From contig CM075990.1 of the NCBI GenBank assembly GCA_038087875.1, forward strand, positions 3,908,001-3,972,000: 64,000 bases of DNA, in the 5' to 3' direction. This DNA is from Malacoraja senta (taxonomy: Eukaryota). Positions 10,785 through 23,795 of the stretch are shown here, piece after piece (positions within the stretch are counted from its first letter, which is position 1; each line of letters opens with the position of its first letter). A program made the position numbers and the translations under genes. The notes under the pieces are model-generated. The model was not told the origin of the DNA. It saw only the letters and a list, made by a program, of their open reading frames with translations, and did no database searches.

Positions 10785-12455
10785 TAGAAAATAGGTGCAG
10801 GAGTAGGCCATTCAGCCCTTCGAGCCAGCACTGCCATTCAATATGATCATGGCTGATCATCTCAAATCAGTACCCGGTTCCAGCTTTTTCCCCATATCCC
10901 TTGATTCCTTTAACAGAGCTAAATCCAGCTCTCTCTTGAAAGCATCCAGTGAATTGGCCTCCACTGTCTTCTGTGGCAGAGAATTCCACAGATGCACAAC
11001 ATTTTTCCTGCATCTAGCCTGTCCAATCCCTAAAGAATTGTATATGTTTCTATAAGATTCCCTCTCATCCTTCTAAATTCCAGTGAATACAAGCCCAGTC
11101 GACCCATTCTTTCGTCATATGTCAGTCACATCATCCCGGGAATTAACCCGGTGAACCTACGCTGCACTCCCTCAATAGCAATAATGTCCTTCCTCAAGTT
11201 AGGAGACCAAAATTGCACACAATACTCCAGGTGCGGTCTCACCAGGGCCCTGTACAACTGCAGTAGGACTTTCTTGCTTCTAAACTCAAATCCTCTCGCA
11301 ATGAAGGCAACATGCCATTAGCTTTCTTCACTGCCTGCTGTACCTGCATGCTTACTTTCAGTGACTGATGTACAAGCACACCCAGGTCTCGTTGCACCTC
11401 CCCTTTTCCTAATCTGACACCATTCAAATAATAATCTATTTTCCTGTTCTTGCCACCAACGTGGATAACCACATATTTATCCACATTATACTGCATCTGC
11501 CATGCATCTGCCCACTCACCCAACCTATCCAAGTCACCCTGCAGCCTCATAGCATCCTCCTCGCAGCTCACACTGCCACCCAGCTTTGTGTCATCCGTAA
11601 CCTTGGAGATGTCACATTCAATTTCCTTGTCTAAATCGATAATATATATTGTAAATAACTGGGGTTCCCAGCACCGAACCTTGTGGCACCCCACTAGTCA
11701 CTGCCTGCCACTCTGAAAAGGACCCGTTAATCCCTACTCTTTGCTTCCTGTCTGCCAACCAGTTCTCTATCCATGTCACTACCCTACCCCCAATACCATG
11801 TACTCTAATTTTGCACACTAATCTCTTGCGTTGGACCTTGTCAAAGGCTTTTTGAAAGTCCAGATACACCACATCCACTGGCTCTCCTTTATCCATTCTA
11901 CTTGTTACATCCTTAAAAAGTTCCAGAAGATTAGTCAAGCATGATTTCCCCTTCATAAATCTAAGCTGACTTTGACCGATCCTGTCACTGCTTTCCAAAT
12001 GCGCTGCTATAACATCTTTAACAATCGATGTAAGGCTAGCTGGTCTATAATTCCCCCTTTTCTCTCTCCCTCCATTATTAAAAAGTTGAGTTACATTGGC
12101 TACCCTCTAGTCCACAGGAACTGATCCAGAGAGAACATTGGAAAATGATCACTAACGCAGCCACGATTTCTAGGGCCACCTCCTTGAGTACTCCGGGATG
12201 TAGACCATCAGGCCCTGGTGATTTATCTGCCTTCAGTCCCAACAGTTTACCTAATACCATTTCCTGACTAATGTGGATTCCCTTCAGTTCCTCCCTCCCA
12301 CTAGATCCTCGGTCCTCTAATATTTCTGGGAGATTGTTTGTGTCTTCCTTAGTCAAGATGGAATCAAAGTACTCGTTTAACTGTTCTGCCATTTCCTTGT
12401 TTCCCATTATACATTCACCTGTCTCTGATTGTAAGGGACCTACATTTGTCTTCCA
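10785..12455 (-). mobile_element. CR1 LINE ORF2 (RT) fragment plus 3' tail, disrupted
   Basis: KSPGPDGLHP, VYLDFQKAFDKV, VTSGVPQGSVLG and RDLGVLVHQSLK split across frames, followed by the typical 3' tail. Confidence 0.9.
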
Positions 12456-15400
12456 ACTCTCTCTTGACAACATGAAAACACTCTTGAAAAAATGGAATAG
12501 GTTGTTGCTGAGTTCATGTATCCAGCAATGTTAAAGCACAATGTTCTAGTGGATCATGCGATGGCGGATGGGATTCACTTAATTGTGCATCGTGATCGAC
12601 ATTGACATCAAACATAAGACATAAGAGCAGAATTAGGCCATTCGGCCCATCGAGTCTACTCTACCATTCAATCATGGCTGATCTACTTTCCCATCTCAAT
12701 CCCATTCTCCTGCCTTCTCGTAACCTTTGACGCCCTTACTGATCCAGAACCTATCAATTTCCACTTTAAAAATACTCAATGACTTGGCCTCCATCTGTGG
12801 CAATGAATTCCACAGTTTCACCACATTCTGGCAAAATAAATTCCTCCTCATCTCCATTCCAAAGGTACGTAATTTTATTTCGAGGCCTGCCCTCTGGCCC
12901 TAGACTTTCCCAGTGGTGGAAACACTCTCCACATCCACTCTATCCAGGCCTTTCATTATCACTGTGCCATTCGACCTGTTCCTGTGCTGCACTGTGCTAT
13001 GTTCTACATAACGACCACAGTTCTGATGAAGGTTATTAGCCCTCTGTTAAGATTTATTTATCTTGATGTTTTGTGGCACTCTGAAGACCATCAAGACTAT
13101 ATAATACAATGGGCACCTGTATCAACAGTGATGTTGAAGAAACAATTACAGTTGTGCTGTAAAATGTTCCAAGGAAGTTCACAACTGTTTGACCAGGCCA
13201 TTCAGCCCCTTAAGTTCAATCCACCTTGAAAACGAATCGCATCAACATAAATACATCAAATCACACCATGAGCTGCAAGAAAACTCCATCCATTCATGCT
13301 CGTAGACGTTGTCAATGAGAAGCTGCTATGGGACACACCGCCGGATGCACAAGACCTGGTAGGTCACAGCCTGTGAAGGGAAGCCACCAAGCCAGCCCTT
13401 GCTCATCGCCCGAAGACCAGAGACCAGAGTGGATGGAGCCGGCAATGATAGGCGCGAGCGAGAACGTGAGGAGCAAGTCGGTGGACTTGCAGGCAGGCGT
13501 GTGAACTGGCGTCTGACCTAGGTCGGCGGTGGGAGGTACAAAGGTGGACGGGCGAGGAGAGGGCCAGCGGTTTGCTGGTCCACCTGCAAAACTAAGGAAG
13601 GCGACGGCTGGAGGTCCCGCAATAGCCTGGGCTCACCTGGATCGGGCAACGCTCATAAGACCTAGAGCGTGGACTGGACTCTGAAAATGGCATCTAAACG
13701 CGGTGCCTCTTGCATGCAGGATCAGTGGACTATTTCTGTACACTTTGCTAATCAGAGATTGTGCTTAGTTATGGCAATACTCTACTGAGCTGTATGTAAG
13801 AAAATAATTTCACTGTGCTTTTGCACTTGTGGAAACAAAGCGCCATTGAACCATTGTAGCATTCTGAAAATTATTTGACCATCAGGTGCAGGATTCTCCT
13901 TGGACCAGTCTCTGTGGCTGAAACTCGAAGCTCTCCAATTTCATCAGGGTTTAACTGAAGTGAGTTGATATGGTATTGCACCAGGATAGCTCTAGAGGAT
14001 GGCAGATGCGTTACTCAAATTACGGAGCAGACCAACAAGAATGTTAACAAATAAGTCACTGAACAGCTGGAAGAAACAGCATTCTGTTGCGAATTTAGTT
14101 CTCATCCTGGAGAGGAACTCTCTACTATCGATGCCCGTGAATTCAGCTCTCAAATTCCCTCCGTAAATCCCTCCGCATCTCCACCATTAACATTCCTGCT
14201 ATTCTTTCAACCTAAATAAGGCCAATTATATGTTTGAGTTTGAGTTTAGTTTATTGTCCAAGCTACAATCGAGCTTGGACACTGGGCAGATACATTACAA
14301 AGGGAATAACACGAATATCGTTTATAGACAATAGACAATAGACAATAGGTGCAGGAGTAGGCCATTTGGCCCTTCGAGCCAGCACCGCCATTCAATGTGA
14401 TCATGGCTGATCATCGCCAATCAGTACCCCGTTCCTGCCTTCTCCCCATATCCCCTGACTCCACTATCTTTAAGAGCCCTATCCAGCTCTCTCTTGAAAG
14501 CATCCAGAGAACCTGCCTCCACTGCCCTCTGAGGCAAAGAATTCCACAGACTCACCACTCTCTGTGAGATAAAGTGTTTCCTCGTCTCCGTTCTAAATGG
14601 CTTACTCCTTATTCTTACAAATTACTTCGAACAAATTACTGAACAGCTGAAATAGTATTATATTACAATTTTAGTTCTCACCCTGCAAAGAAATGCTTTA
14701 CTATTTAGTTTAGTTTGGAGATACAGCGTGGAAACAGGCCCTTCGGCCCTCCGAGTCCGCACCGTCCAGCGATCGCACACACACATTAGTTCTATCCGAC
14801 AAACACTAGGGATGATTTACAATTTTTACAGAAGGCAATTAACCTACAAACTTGCACGTTTTGGGGCAAATCGGAGCACCTGGAGAAAACCCACGCAGGT
14901 CATGTGGAGAACATACAAACTCCGTGCAGACAGCACCTGTAGTTAGGATCGAACCGGGGTCTCTGGCGCTGTGAGGCAGCAACTCTACCGCTGCGCCACC
15001 GTGCCACCCAAGTTTTAACTTTCCTCCAAGGAACATGGTCATTTCTAAACACATCACATCACAGCCGCGATTTGTTAAAGAAGGAACTGCAGATGCTGGA
15101 AAATCGAAGGTACACAAAAATGCTGGAGAAACTCAGCTGGTGCAGCAGCATCTATGGAGCAAAGGAGATAGGCAACGTTTCGGGCCGAAACCCTTCTTCA
15201 GACTGATAGGGGGTGGGGGGAGGCGGGGAGAAGAACAGCCGCGATTTGTCTGGTTTGCAGGCGGCTTGGATCTTCAGTTTCGTCTAGAGATACGGCGCGG
15301 AAACAGGCCCTTCGGCCCACCGTGTCCGCACCGACCAGCAATCCGTGCACCATCCTACACACACTAGGGACAATTTACAGTTATACCAAGCCAATTAACC

Positions 15401-15539
15401 GACAAACCTACACGTCTTTGGAGCGTGGGAGGAAAGCGAAGATCTCGGAGAAAACCGACGCAATCACGGGGAGAATCTCTGGTCTCTGGCGCGGTAAGGC
15501 AGCAACTCTACCACTACACCAGCATCCTCACCACCCCTT

Positions 15540-15885
15540 ACACTTTAGAAGGATGAGGGGGCACCTTATAGAAACATATAAAATTATAAAAGGACTGGAC
15601 AAGCTAGATGCAGGAAAAATGTTCCCAATGTTGGGCGAGTCCAGAACCAGGAGCCACAGTCTTAGAATAAAGGGGAGGTCATTTAAGACTGAGGTGAGAA
15701 AAACCTTTTTCACCCAGAGAGTTTATGGAATTTATGGAATTCCCTGCTACAGAGGGCAGTGGAGGCCAGGTCACTGGATGGATTTAAGAGAGAGTTAGAT
15801 AGAGTTGTAGGGGCTAGTGGTGTCAAGGGATATGTGGAGAAGGCAGGCACGGGTTATTGATAGGGGACGATCAGCCATGATCACA
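15540..15885 (+). mobile_element. CR1 LINE 3' end fragment
   Basis: RRMRGHLIETYKIIKG...FFTQRV; same subfamily as 39553-40420. Confidence 0.8.
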
Positions 15886-15889
15886 ATTG

Positions 15890-16340
15890 TATTGTATTGT
15901 ATTGTATATCTTTATTGTCATTTCCTGAGTATTCGCATACCCAGAGGAAACAAAAAAACGTTGCTCAACCAGTGTCCATTTCAGTGTGCAGTAAAAAATA
16001 AATAGAAGTAAAAATACATATATCATGAACAAATGAACACTCTACTCTACTAAACATCAACAGGCGTTCCGATCGGCAGCGGCACGACAGTGGCTCTGCT
16101 GCAGTGTGTCCAGGTTGGTGGTTGGTGCACAATACTTTGGCAGGGGACAAAGTCCGTTTATCAGTCTTATAACCTGCGGGAAGAAGCTGAGGAGCATCCT
16201 GCTGGTTTGGCACCTAATGCTCCGGTACCTCTTCCCAGATGGCAGGATGGAGAATATGTGATGGGATGGGTGGTAGGGGTCTTTGATGATGGAGATGGCT
16301 CTGCTGATACATCTCTTCCTGTATATGTCCAGCAGGAAAG
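15890..16340 (-). mobile_element. Rex1/Babar-type LINE 3' end
   Basis: IIKDPYHPSHHIFSILPSGKRYRSIRCQTSRMLLSFFPQVIRL followed by an (ATACA)n tail. Confidence 0.7.
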
Positions 16341-17247
16341 GGAGTGGAATGAATGGCGGTGCTGGCTCGAAGGACCGAATGGCCTCCTCCTGCACCTATT
16401 TTCTATGTTTCTATATTTCTATACAACTGGTAGCTCTGTTAAAGGCCTCCCTTGTTGAATAATCTCAGTCCATGTACATTGTCATCGCACAACACTTGAT
16501 CTAACAGCTGCAACTGTATTGATTTCAGACTGGATATAATCTGAGGTGAACGGGAGATACGTTACACACAGCGATACAGTCCCAACAAAACACTGCTGTA
16601 CGTATTTTCAATTTGCCTCATTGGCCTGCTGCATGAAATTGCCATCGAAGGGGCACTTTGAGCTGGGCACAGTGGAAGGAAAAGACAAACTGTTGAAGGA
16701 AATTAGTGGCTCACACAGTATCTGTTGAGGGAAGTGGACAGATAACGTTTGGGTCAACACCCTTCATCTGTTGAACTTTAGCCTTTACTTTCGACACCGA
16801 GACCAGCGATCACTCATGTAAACTAGCACTACACATTACAATTTATGAGGAGGATTTTTTTTTTTGGCCAAAGGGTGGTGAATCTGTGGAACTTACTGCC
16901 TCAGACGGCTGTGTTTAGTTTAGTTTAGTTGGACTTATACTTTGTCTTGTTAATAAATGTTGAGTGCACGAAAAAAAACAACTTCAAGTCTAATGACTCT
17001 GGCCAAATTTAATCTACTTCCCAACTTGCCCAAGATAAGCAAACAAATTGCAGTTGTGAGGCAGTTGCTCTCCCACTGACGCCCAACGTGCCTGCATTGG
17101 TAACTTGGATCCAAACATTCACCTGCACCAATGTTATCTACTCATGAAGATTGGCACTAAATGCTGGAGTAACTCAGCGGGACAGGCAGCATCTCTGGAT
17201 AGAAGGAATGGGTGACGATTACGGTCGAGACCCTTCTTCAGACTGAC

Positions 17248-17450
17248 CAGTAAACCAGCATCTGCAGTTCCGTCCTACACTAAACCACCATCTGCAGTTA
17301 CTTCCTCCACGTTTTTGTAAACCAGCATCTGCAGTTACTTCCTCCATGTTTTGGAAACCAGCATCTGCAGTTCCATCGTACATTAAAGCACCATCTGCAG
17401 TTACTTCCTCCATGTTTTGTAAACCAGCATCTGCAGTTCCTTCCTCCACG
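17248..17450 (+). repeat. ~30-37-bp minisatellite built from the terminus of the Penelope-derived repeat
   Basis: Six copies of AAACCAGCATCTGCAGTT(A/C)C... in tandem. Confidence 0.8.
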
Positions 17451-19698
17451 TTATCTACTCGTGCCCTGGACCTGCTCCAGAATCGGCAATGCTGACGCAG
17501 TTTCTGATCAGGATGACCCAAGGCCACGATGATCGCCCTGGCAACGCAGCGCTATTTTATTTGACCATCTGTTAAATCAAACAGTGAGGGCTAGTGGCAA
17601 ATATTTTCGGTCGGCACGGACGGGTCAACGTGTTGAGGGGGAGGGCTGGGGGTCGGTTCAACGAACTGGAGGCAGGGAGGTTGTGACTGAGCCCAGCACA
17701 CAGAGCCTGCCAGCAAACCCAAGCCTGGGGCTGCGCTGTCACTTTAAGAGCTGGATGGAACTGTGAGGGCGCGGTGCAGACTCTGCCTGGAGAGTGGGTG
17801 ACATGAGATGTCAGTGAACACATATACTCAGTATCAACAGTCACGGGCTTTCCAGGAACTGCTGATGAAGAACTCTCAATGCACTCGTCTGGCAGCTGGT
17901 TGTATGTGTAGGAAAGAACTGCAGAAGCTGGTTTAAACCGAAGGTAGACACAAAATGCTGGAGTAACTCAGCGGGACAGGCAGCATTTCTAGAGAGAAGG
18001 AATGGGTGATGTTTTGGGTCGAGACCCTTCTTCAAACAGGGTCTGGAGAAGGGTCTCGACCCGAAACGTCACTCCAGCATTTTGTGTCAACCAGCAGGTT
18101 GTTTGTGCCTCTTTGGTCTCTGTTGGACTCAGTACACTTCACAAGTCAAGGGAGCGGAATTAGGCCATTCGGCCCATCGAGTCTAGTACGCCATTCGATC
18201 ATGGCTGATCTATCTCTCCCTCCTAACCACATTCTCCTGCCTTCTCCTCACAACCTTTGACGCCCTAACTAATCAGGAAATCTATCAATCTCCGCTTTAA
18301 AAATACCCAATAACAGCCTCCACAGCCAAGGTGGCACAGCGGTAGAGTTGCTGCCTCACAGCGCCAGAGACGCGCGTTCGATCCTCACCTTGGGCGCTGT
18401 GTGTATGGCGTTTGTACGTTCACCCTGTGACCGTGTGGGTTTTCCCCGGGTGCTCGGGTTTCCTCCCACACGCCAAAGATGTTTGCAGATTAATTGGCTT
18501 CTGTAAATTGTCCCCAATGTGTAGGATTGGACTAGTGTACGGGGATCGTTGGTCGGCGTGGACTCGGTGGGCTGATGGTCCTGTTTCCACGCAGTATCTC
18601 TAAACTAAACTAAACTAAACTAAACAGTCAACTGTTGCAATGAATTCCACAGATTCACCACCCTCCGACTGAAGAAATTCCTCCGCATCTCCATTCTAAA
18701 GGTACGTCCTCTTATTCTGAGACTGCGCCCTCTGGTCCTAGACTCTCCCACTTGTCGAAACATCCTCTCCACATCCACTCTATCCAGGCCTTTCAGTAGT
18801 CGGTAATTTTCAATGAGAACCCCATCATCCTTCTAAACTCCAGCGGTATGGGCCAGTGCCGTCAAACGCTCATGATACCTTAACATAATCGTAACCGGGA
18901 TCATTCTCGTAAACCTCCTCAGGACCCTCTCCAACCCTACAATACCCCAAGTTCCTCCATCAACAACCTACACTAGGTTGTAGCCAGACACAATCCTGTG
19001 TCCCATCAGGCTTCAGGGGAACACTCTGACTGGTAGAAGATACTTTAGTTTAGGTTATTGTCACGTGTACCGAGATACGGTAAAAAGCTTTTTGTTGCGT
19101 GCTAACCAGTCAGTGGAAAGACTATACATAATTACAATCGAGCCGTCCATAGTGTACAGATACAGGATAAAGGGAATAATGTTTAGTTCAAGATAAAGTC
19201 CAGTAAAGTCTGATTAAAGATAGTCTCCAATGAGATAGATGATAGCTCAGTTGTCAATAGGATGGTTCAGTTGCCTAATAACAGCTGGGAAGAAACTGGT
19301 CCTGAATCTGAAGGTGTGTATTCTCTGACTTCTGTGCCTCTTGCCTGATGGGAGAGGGGAGAAGAGGGAGTGACTGGGGTGAGACTGGTCCTTGATTATG
19401 CTGCTGGCCTTGCAGTGTACATGGAGTCGATGGTAGGGAGGTTGGGTTGTGTGATGGTCTGGGCTGCGTCCATAATTCTCTGCAAATTCTTGCGGTCGTG
19501 GATGGAGCTGTTCCCAAAATATGCCGGATCTACTACCAAAGCCACACGTGCTGACCCAGTCTCGTTACAAACCATTCCACTGTGAGCTCTCTGGGGGGTG
19601 AAATGAAGCCATGAGGATGTTTCGGAAGCTGACAACTTGAGAAAAAACGTTTGATGAATTGCATACCTTGTGATTAAAGAACTTACTGATCTGATCCA

Positions 19699-20129
19699 CT
19701 TCTCCGTGGACTGTCACCTTGTCGTGGTGGAGAAGCTTGTGTGGTCCTGAGATCCTGAGAGCGATGCCGTCTGGAGCTATGCTCCTGGTAGGGCCACCCG
19801 TGGCGGTAAGGTCGAGGGGGAGGTCTCTGACAAAGAGCAATCCAACCAAGACCTCAACGGTGGAACAGGTGGAGGACGATGGCTGACCTTAGTGGAGCAT
19901 CACAACGGCTGGGAAGGCGGATGAAGGCTGCAGCAGAAAAGGGTCTCCGGCCGTCTTGGACTCCATGCCTCTGGATCGTGACCCAGATCTGTCAAGGACC
20001 GTGGGATGACTGTCTGTGCACCAGTCTCCCCACGTTAAATAAAGTCACGCACAGGCATCCTCCATATAGGGAATAGCACCATGGAGACACTGGTCAGCCA
20101 CGACCGAAGGGAGCCTAAGAAGAAGAAGA
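19699..20129 (+). mobile_element. Bipartite non-autonomous RTE-type retroelement (RTE 5' UTR joined to RTE-like 3' tail)
   Basis: 5' CACCTTGTCGTGG...CCTGGTAGGGCCACCC...GACAAAGAGC resembles RTE-clade 5' UTRs; 3' CACGACCGAAGGGAGCCT(AAG)n tail; no RT ORF. Confidence 0.7.
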
Positions 20130-23100
20130 TCAGATGAGAAAACAAATGCATTTTGCTTACATCCATCCTAGATTGGTTGCACTACAGACTTCAGGCATTA
20201 TTCTGATGTTACACTATATATATTTTTAATTTATTTAACTATTTTTCAAATTTTGGCATGTTCATAATAGGAGCAGAATAAGGCCATTCGGCCCATCAAG
20301 TCTCTGCCGCCATTCAATCATGACTGATCTATCTCTCCTTCCTAACCCCATTCTCCTGCCTTCTCCCCATAACCTCTGACACCCGTACTAATCAAGAATC
20401 TACAGTATCAATCTCTGCCTTAAAAATACCCAATGACTTGGCCCCCACAGCCGTTTGTAACAATGAATTCCACAGATTCACCACCCTTTGGTTGGTTATG
20501 ATATTATCACGAGAATACTGTGTTTGCTGCCTGACCCGCTGAGTTACTCCAGCACTTTATGTCTTTTTTTTAATAAACCAAAAATCGAAACCAAAAACTG
20601 CATCTGCAGTTTCTTGGATCTTTCTCTTTCTCTCCTTGTTCGGTACATCAGTTGATTACAAAGAGGTCAACAAGGTGTTAATTACACGAGCAATTAACCT
20701 ACCATCCCACACAGTTTTGTAAAGTGGTCACCGGTAGAACGTGCAAACTCCTCAAAGACAGGACCAAGGTTGGCTTCGAAGCAGGGCGGCACGGTGGTGC
20801 AGCGATAGAGTTGCTGCCTTACAGCGCCAGAGACCTGGGTTCAAACTGTATGGTTTTTGTACGTTCTCCCCGTGACCTGCGTGGGTTTTCTCTGGGTGGT
20901 CCGGTTTTCTCCCACTGTCCAAAGACGTGCGGGTTTGTGTGTTAATTGGCTTGGCAAATGTGTAAATTGCCCCTTGTGTGTGTCGGAAGTTGCTAGTGTG
21001 TGGGGATCGCTGGTCGGCGTGGACTTGGTGGGACGAAAGGCCCGTTTCTGTGCTGTATCTCTAAACTAAACTAAACTAAACTAAACTTGGAGATGCCAGG
21101 CAGCAGCACTACCTGCTGCACTGCGCAGTGCTCCGGGCCCGTTGGTGTGTAAACTGTAGGCCATGAGGTTTATGTTTGTTCCGTTCCAAGCTAAATAAAA
21201 ACTAAACAAATAGTAAATGCGTTATCGCTTGACATCTTTAACTTTGACCTTGGAGTTTGTGCCAATGTTCTGTTGTGCAGCCTTCAGCCACAAGTAAATT
21301 TGACGTATATTGTGTGCTTTGCTCGAAAAATAAAGCACTTCATGGGCAAGTTGGAAACAACAATTCCTGCTCGTGAAGTTTTGTGGTTACACTGGGTTAT
21401 AAGTAGACCTTAATGAGTCAGAATTCTGTCCAGGGAATAGCTAGAGCATTTCGTACCTGTGTTGCACTCACTACATACAGAAGGCACAATCCTGATTACT
21501 GGTGCATCATCTCAAGTGAAGGTGGTCTTCCCACTTGCGGAGAGGTTCGGTTACTAACAGCAAAGGAAAGGACAAAGGTTAGGCAAACATGCCGTTTCTA
21601 GTTTATTTATCTATGAACATTGATTTCTCTAACTTCAAGTAACCCCACCTCTCTCCATCACTCCCCAACCCAAGTCGCACCAGCTTCTCGTTCTCACCTA
21701 GCAAACAGCTAACAATGTCCTGTTTCCTTTATCATTGTATTTTTTGAATACCTTTCATTCATTTGTTCTACATCTCTCTACATCACCGTTTATATCTCTC
21801 GTCTGAAGAAGGGTCTCGACCCGAAACGTCACCATTCCTTCTCTCCAGAGATGCTACCTGTTGTTCCATGCTGTTTAGTTTAGAGATACAGCGTTGAAAC
21901 GGGCCCTTTGGCCCACCGAGTCCGTTCCAACCACACTATCAATATCCTACACACACTAGGACCAATTATACATTCGCACCAAGCCAATTAACCTACAAAC
22001 CAGTACGTCTTTGGAGTGTGGGAGAAAACCCACATGGTTTTCCACAGGGAGAACGTACAAACTCCGTACAGACAGCACCCGTAGTCAGGATCAAAACCAG
22101 GCCTCCAGCGCTACAAGGCAGCAATTCAACCGTTGCGCCACCGTGTGCTGCTGTCTGGAAAAAATAGCCACACGATACTAATGTCTGCCTTTAAAGCACC
22201 AGTGAGATGAATGCGTGTGGCCTTTTTCTGAAGTATAAATGAATGTCGAGTTTGGTTTGAAGAGTGAAGATTGAAGAGTAGTTAATCGCCGTATTTACCG
22301 ACAACAGAGCAATGAAATTCTTACTTGCAGCAGCACAACGGTCACTCCCACTTCTCCCCTCTCCCATCAGGCAAGAGGTACAGAAGTGTGAAAACGACAC
22401 ACCTCCAGATTCAGGGACAGTTTCTTCCCAGCTGTTATCAGGCAACTGAACTCATCAACTAGAGAGCCGTCCTGAGCTACTATCTACCTCATTGAAGACC
22501 CTCAGACCACATTTAATCAGACTTTACTGGACTTTATCTTGCACTAAACGTTATTCCCTTTATCTGTATCTGCACACTGTGGATGATTCGATTGTAATCA
22601 TGTATAGACTTTCCACTGACTGGATAGCATGCAACAAAAAGCTTTTCACTGTACCTCGGTACATGTAACTTTAAACTAAACTAAATTAAACTAAACTAAT
22701 AACAGGCCTGAATTTGAACAGATCTATTTACCTTCTTTAAACATAATAATCACTGGTTCTACAATCCCACATCTTAGTGGCACAGCAGGGCAGCTGATAG
22801 AGTCGCTGCCTCACATCGCCAGAGACCCGGGTTCGATCCTGACCTCGGGATGATGTCCGTACGGAGTTTCTAGTTTCTCCCTGTGACCACGTGGGTTTCT
22901 TCCGGCAGCTCCGATTTCCTCCCGCACGTCAATGGTGCGAATTTGTAGGTTATTTGGCCCTCTGTAAATTGCCCCTGGCGTGTAGGGAGTATATGTGGGG
23001 ATGTGGAATAACATAGAACTAGTGAACAAGTGGTCGCTGGTCGGCGTGGACTCGGTGGGACAAAGGGCCTGTTTCCATGCTCTATCTCTAAAGTAGACTA

Positions 23101-23165
23101 AACTAAACGCACGGACACACGTACACACATGCATAGAAATGCACACCCTTACACATAAACTCTTG

Positions 23166-23795
23166 AGGGCCTGTCCCACGGCTGTCATTTGCGCTCCATT
23201 TACGAGGTAGCCTGGTAGCGTGTGGGTAGCGCGGGACGGGCGCATGGAGTGTGGAGTTGTGCGCGGTATCGCGCAGCGCTCCAAGATTTCGTTCTGCACG
23301 TAATCTTCGGGCGCCACCGGCCTGTCGCGTAAATGACAGCCAAGTGGGACAACCTGGCGCGGCGCAACGTCTCACCTCCAACAGCAGCAGAAGCAGACAA
23401 ACGATAGCCAAGCTCGGCCTGGGGCTCACGCCCGTTGTGGATCCAGATCCGCCCCCCTCTCCCACTCCCAGAGCGGGACCAAGACAATTGGAGATAGACA
23501 AAAAATGCAGGAGTAACTCAGCGGGACCGGCAGCATCTCTGAAGAGAAGCAATGGGTGACGTTTCGGGTCGAGACCCTTCTTTCAGACTGAAGAAGAGTC
23601 TTGACACGAAACATCATCCATTCTTTCTCTCCAGAGATGCTGCCAGTCCCGCTGAGTTACTCCAGCTTTGTGTCCATCTTCAAATGACGTCACGCGCTCC
23701 AGACGGCTGTGCGGACGCATGATGACGCGCGCGACTGTCGCGCGTCAGTCACTACCGGCCTGTTGCGTAAATGACGGCCAAGTGGGACAGGCCCT
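23166..23795. mobile_element. MITE with AGGGCCTGTCCCAC TIRs (PIF/Harbinger-like) with a nested Penelope-derived palindrome
   Basis: AGGGCCTGTCCCAC...GTGGGACAGGCCCT termini; CpG-rich interior; a second right-end copy at ~23320-23350. Confidence 0.65.

Noticed and set aside
14047..14704. Degenerate ~75-bp direct repeat at 14047-14128 and 14630-14704
   Set aside because: Too diverged and short to call LTRs or a TSD; probably old repeat remnants.
17517..17900. Non-repeat island with an X-box-like and a FOXA-like motif
   Set aside because: Motif matches are sparse and imperfect, and no exon is recognisable; not enough support.
18328..18400. tRNA-like sequences with A and B boxes (many copies)
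   Set aside because: These are SINE heads running into the V-domain; they lack a proper acceptor stem.
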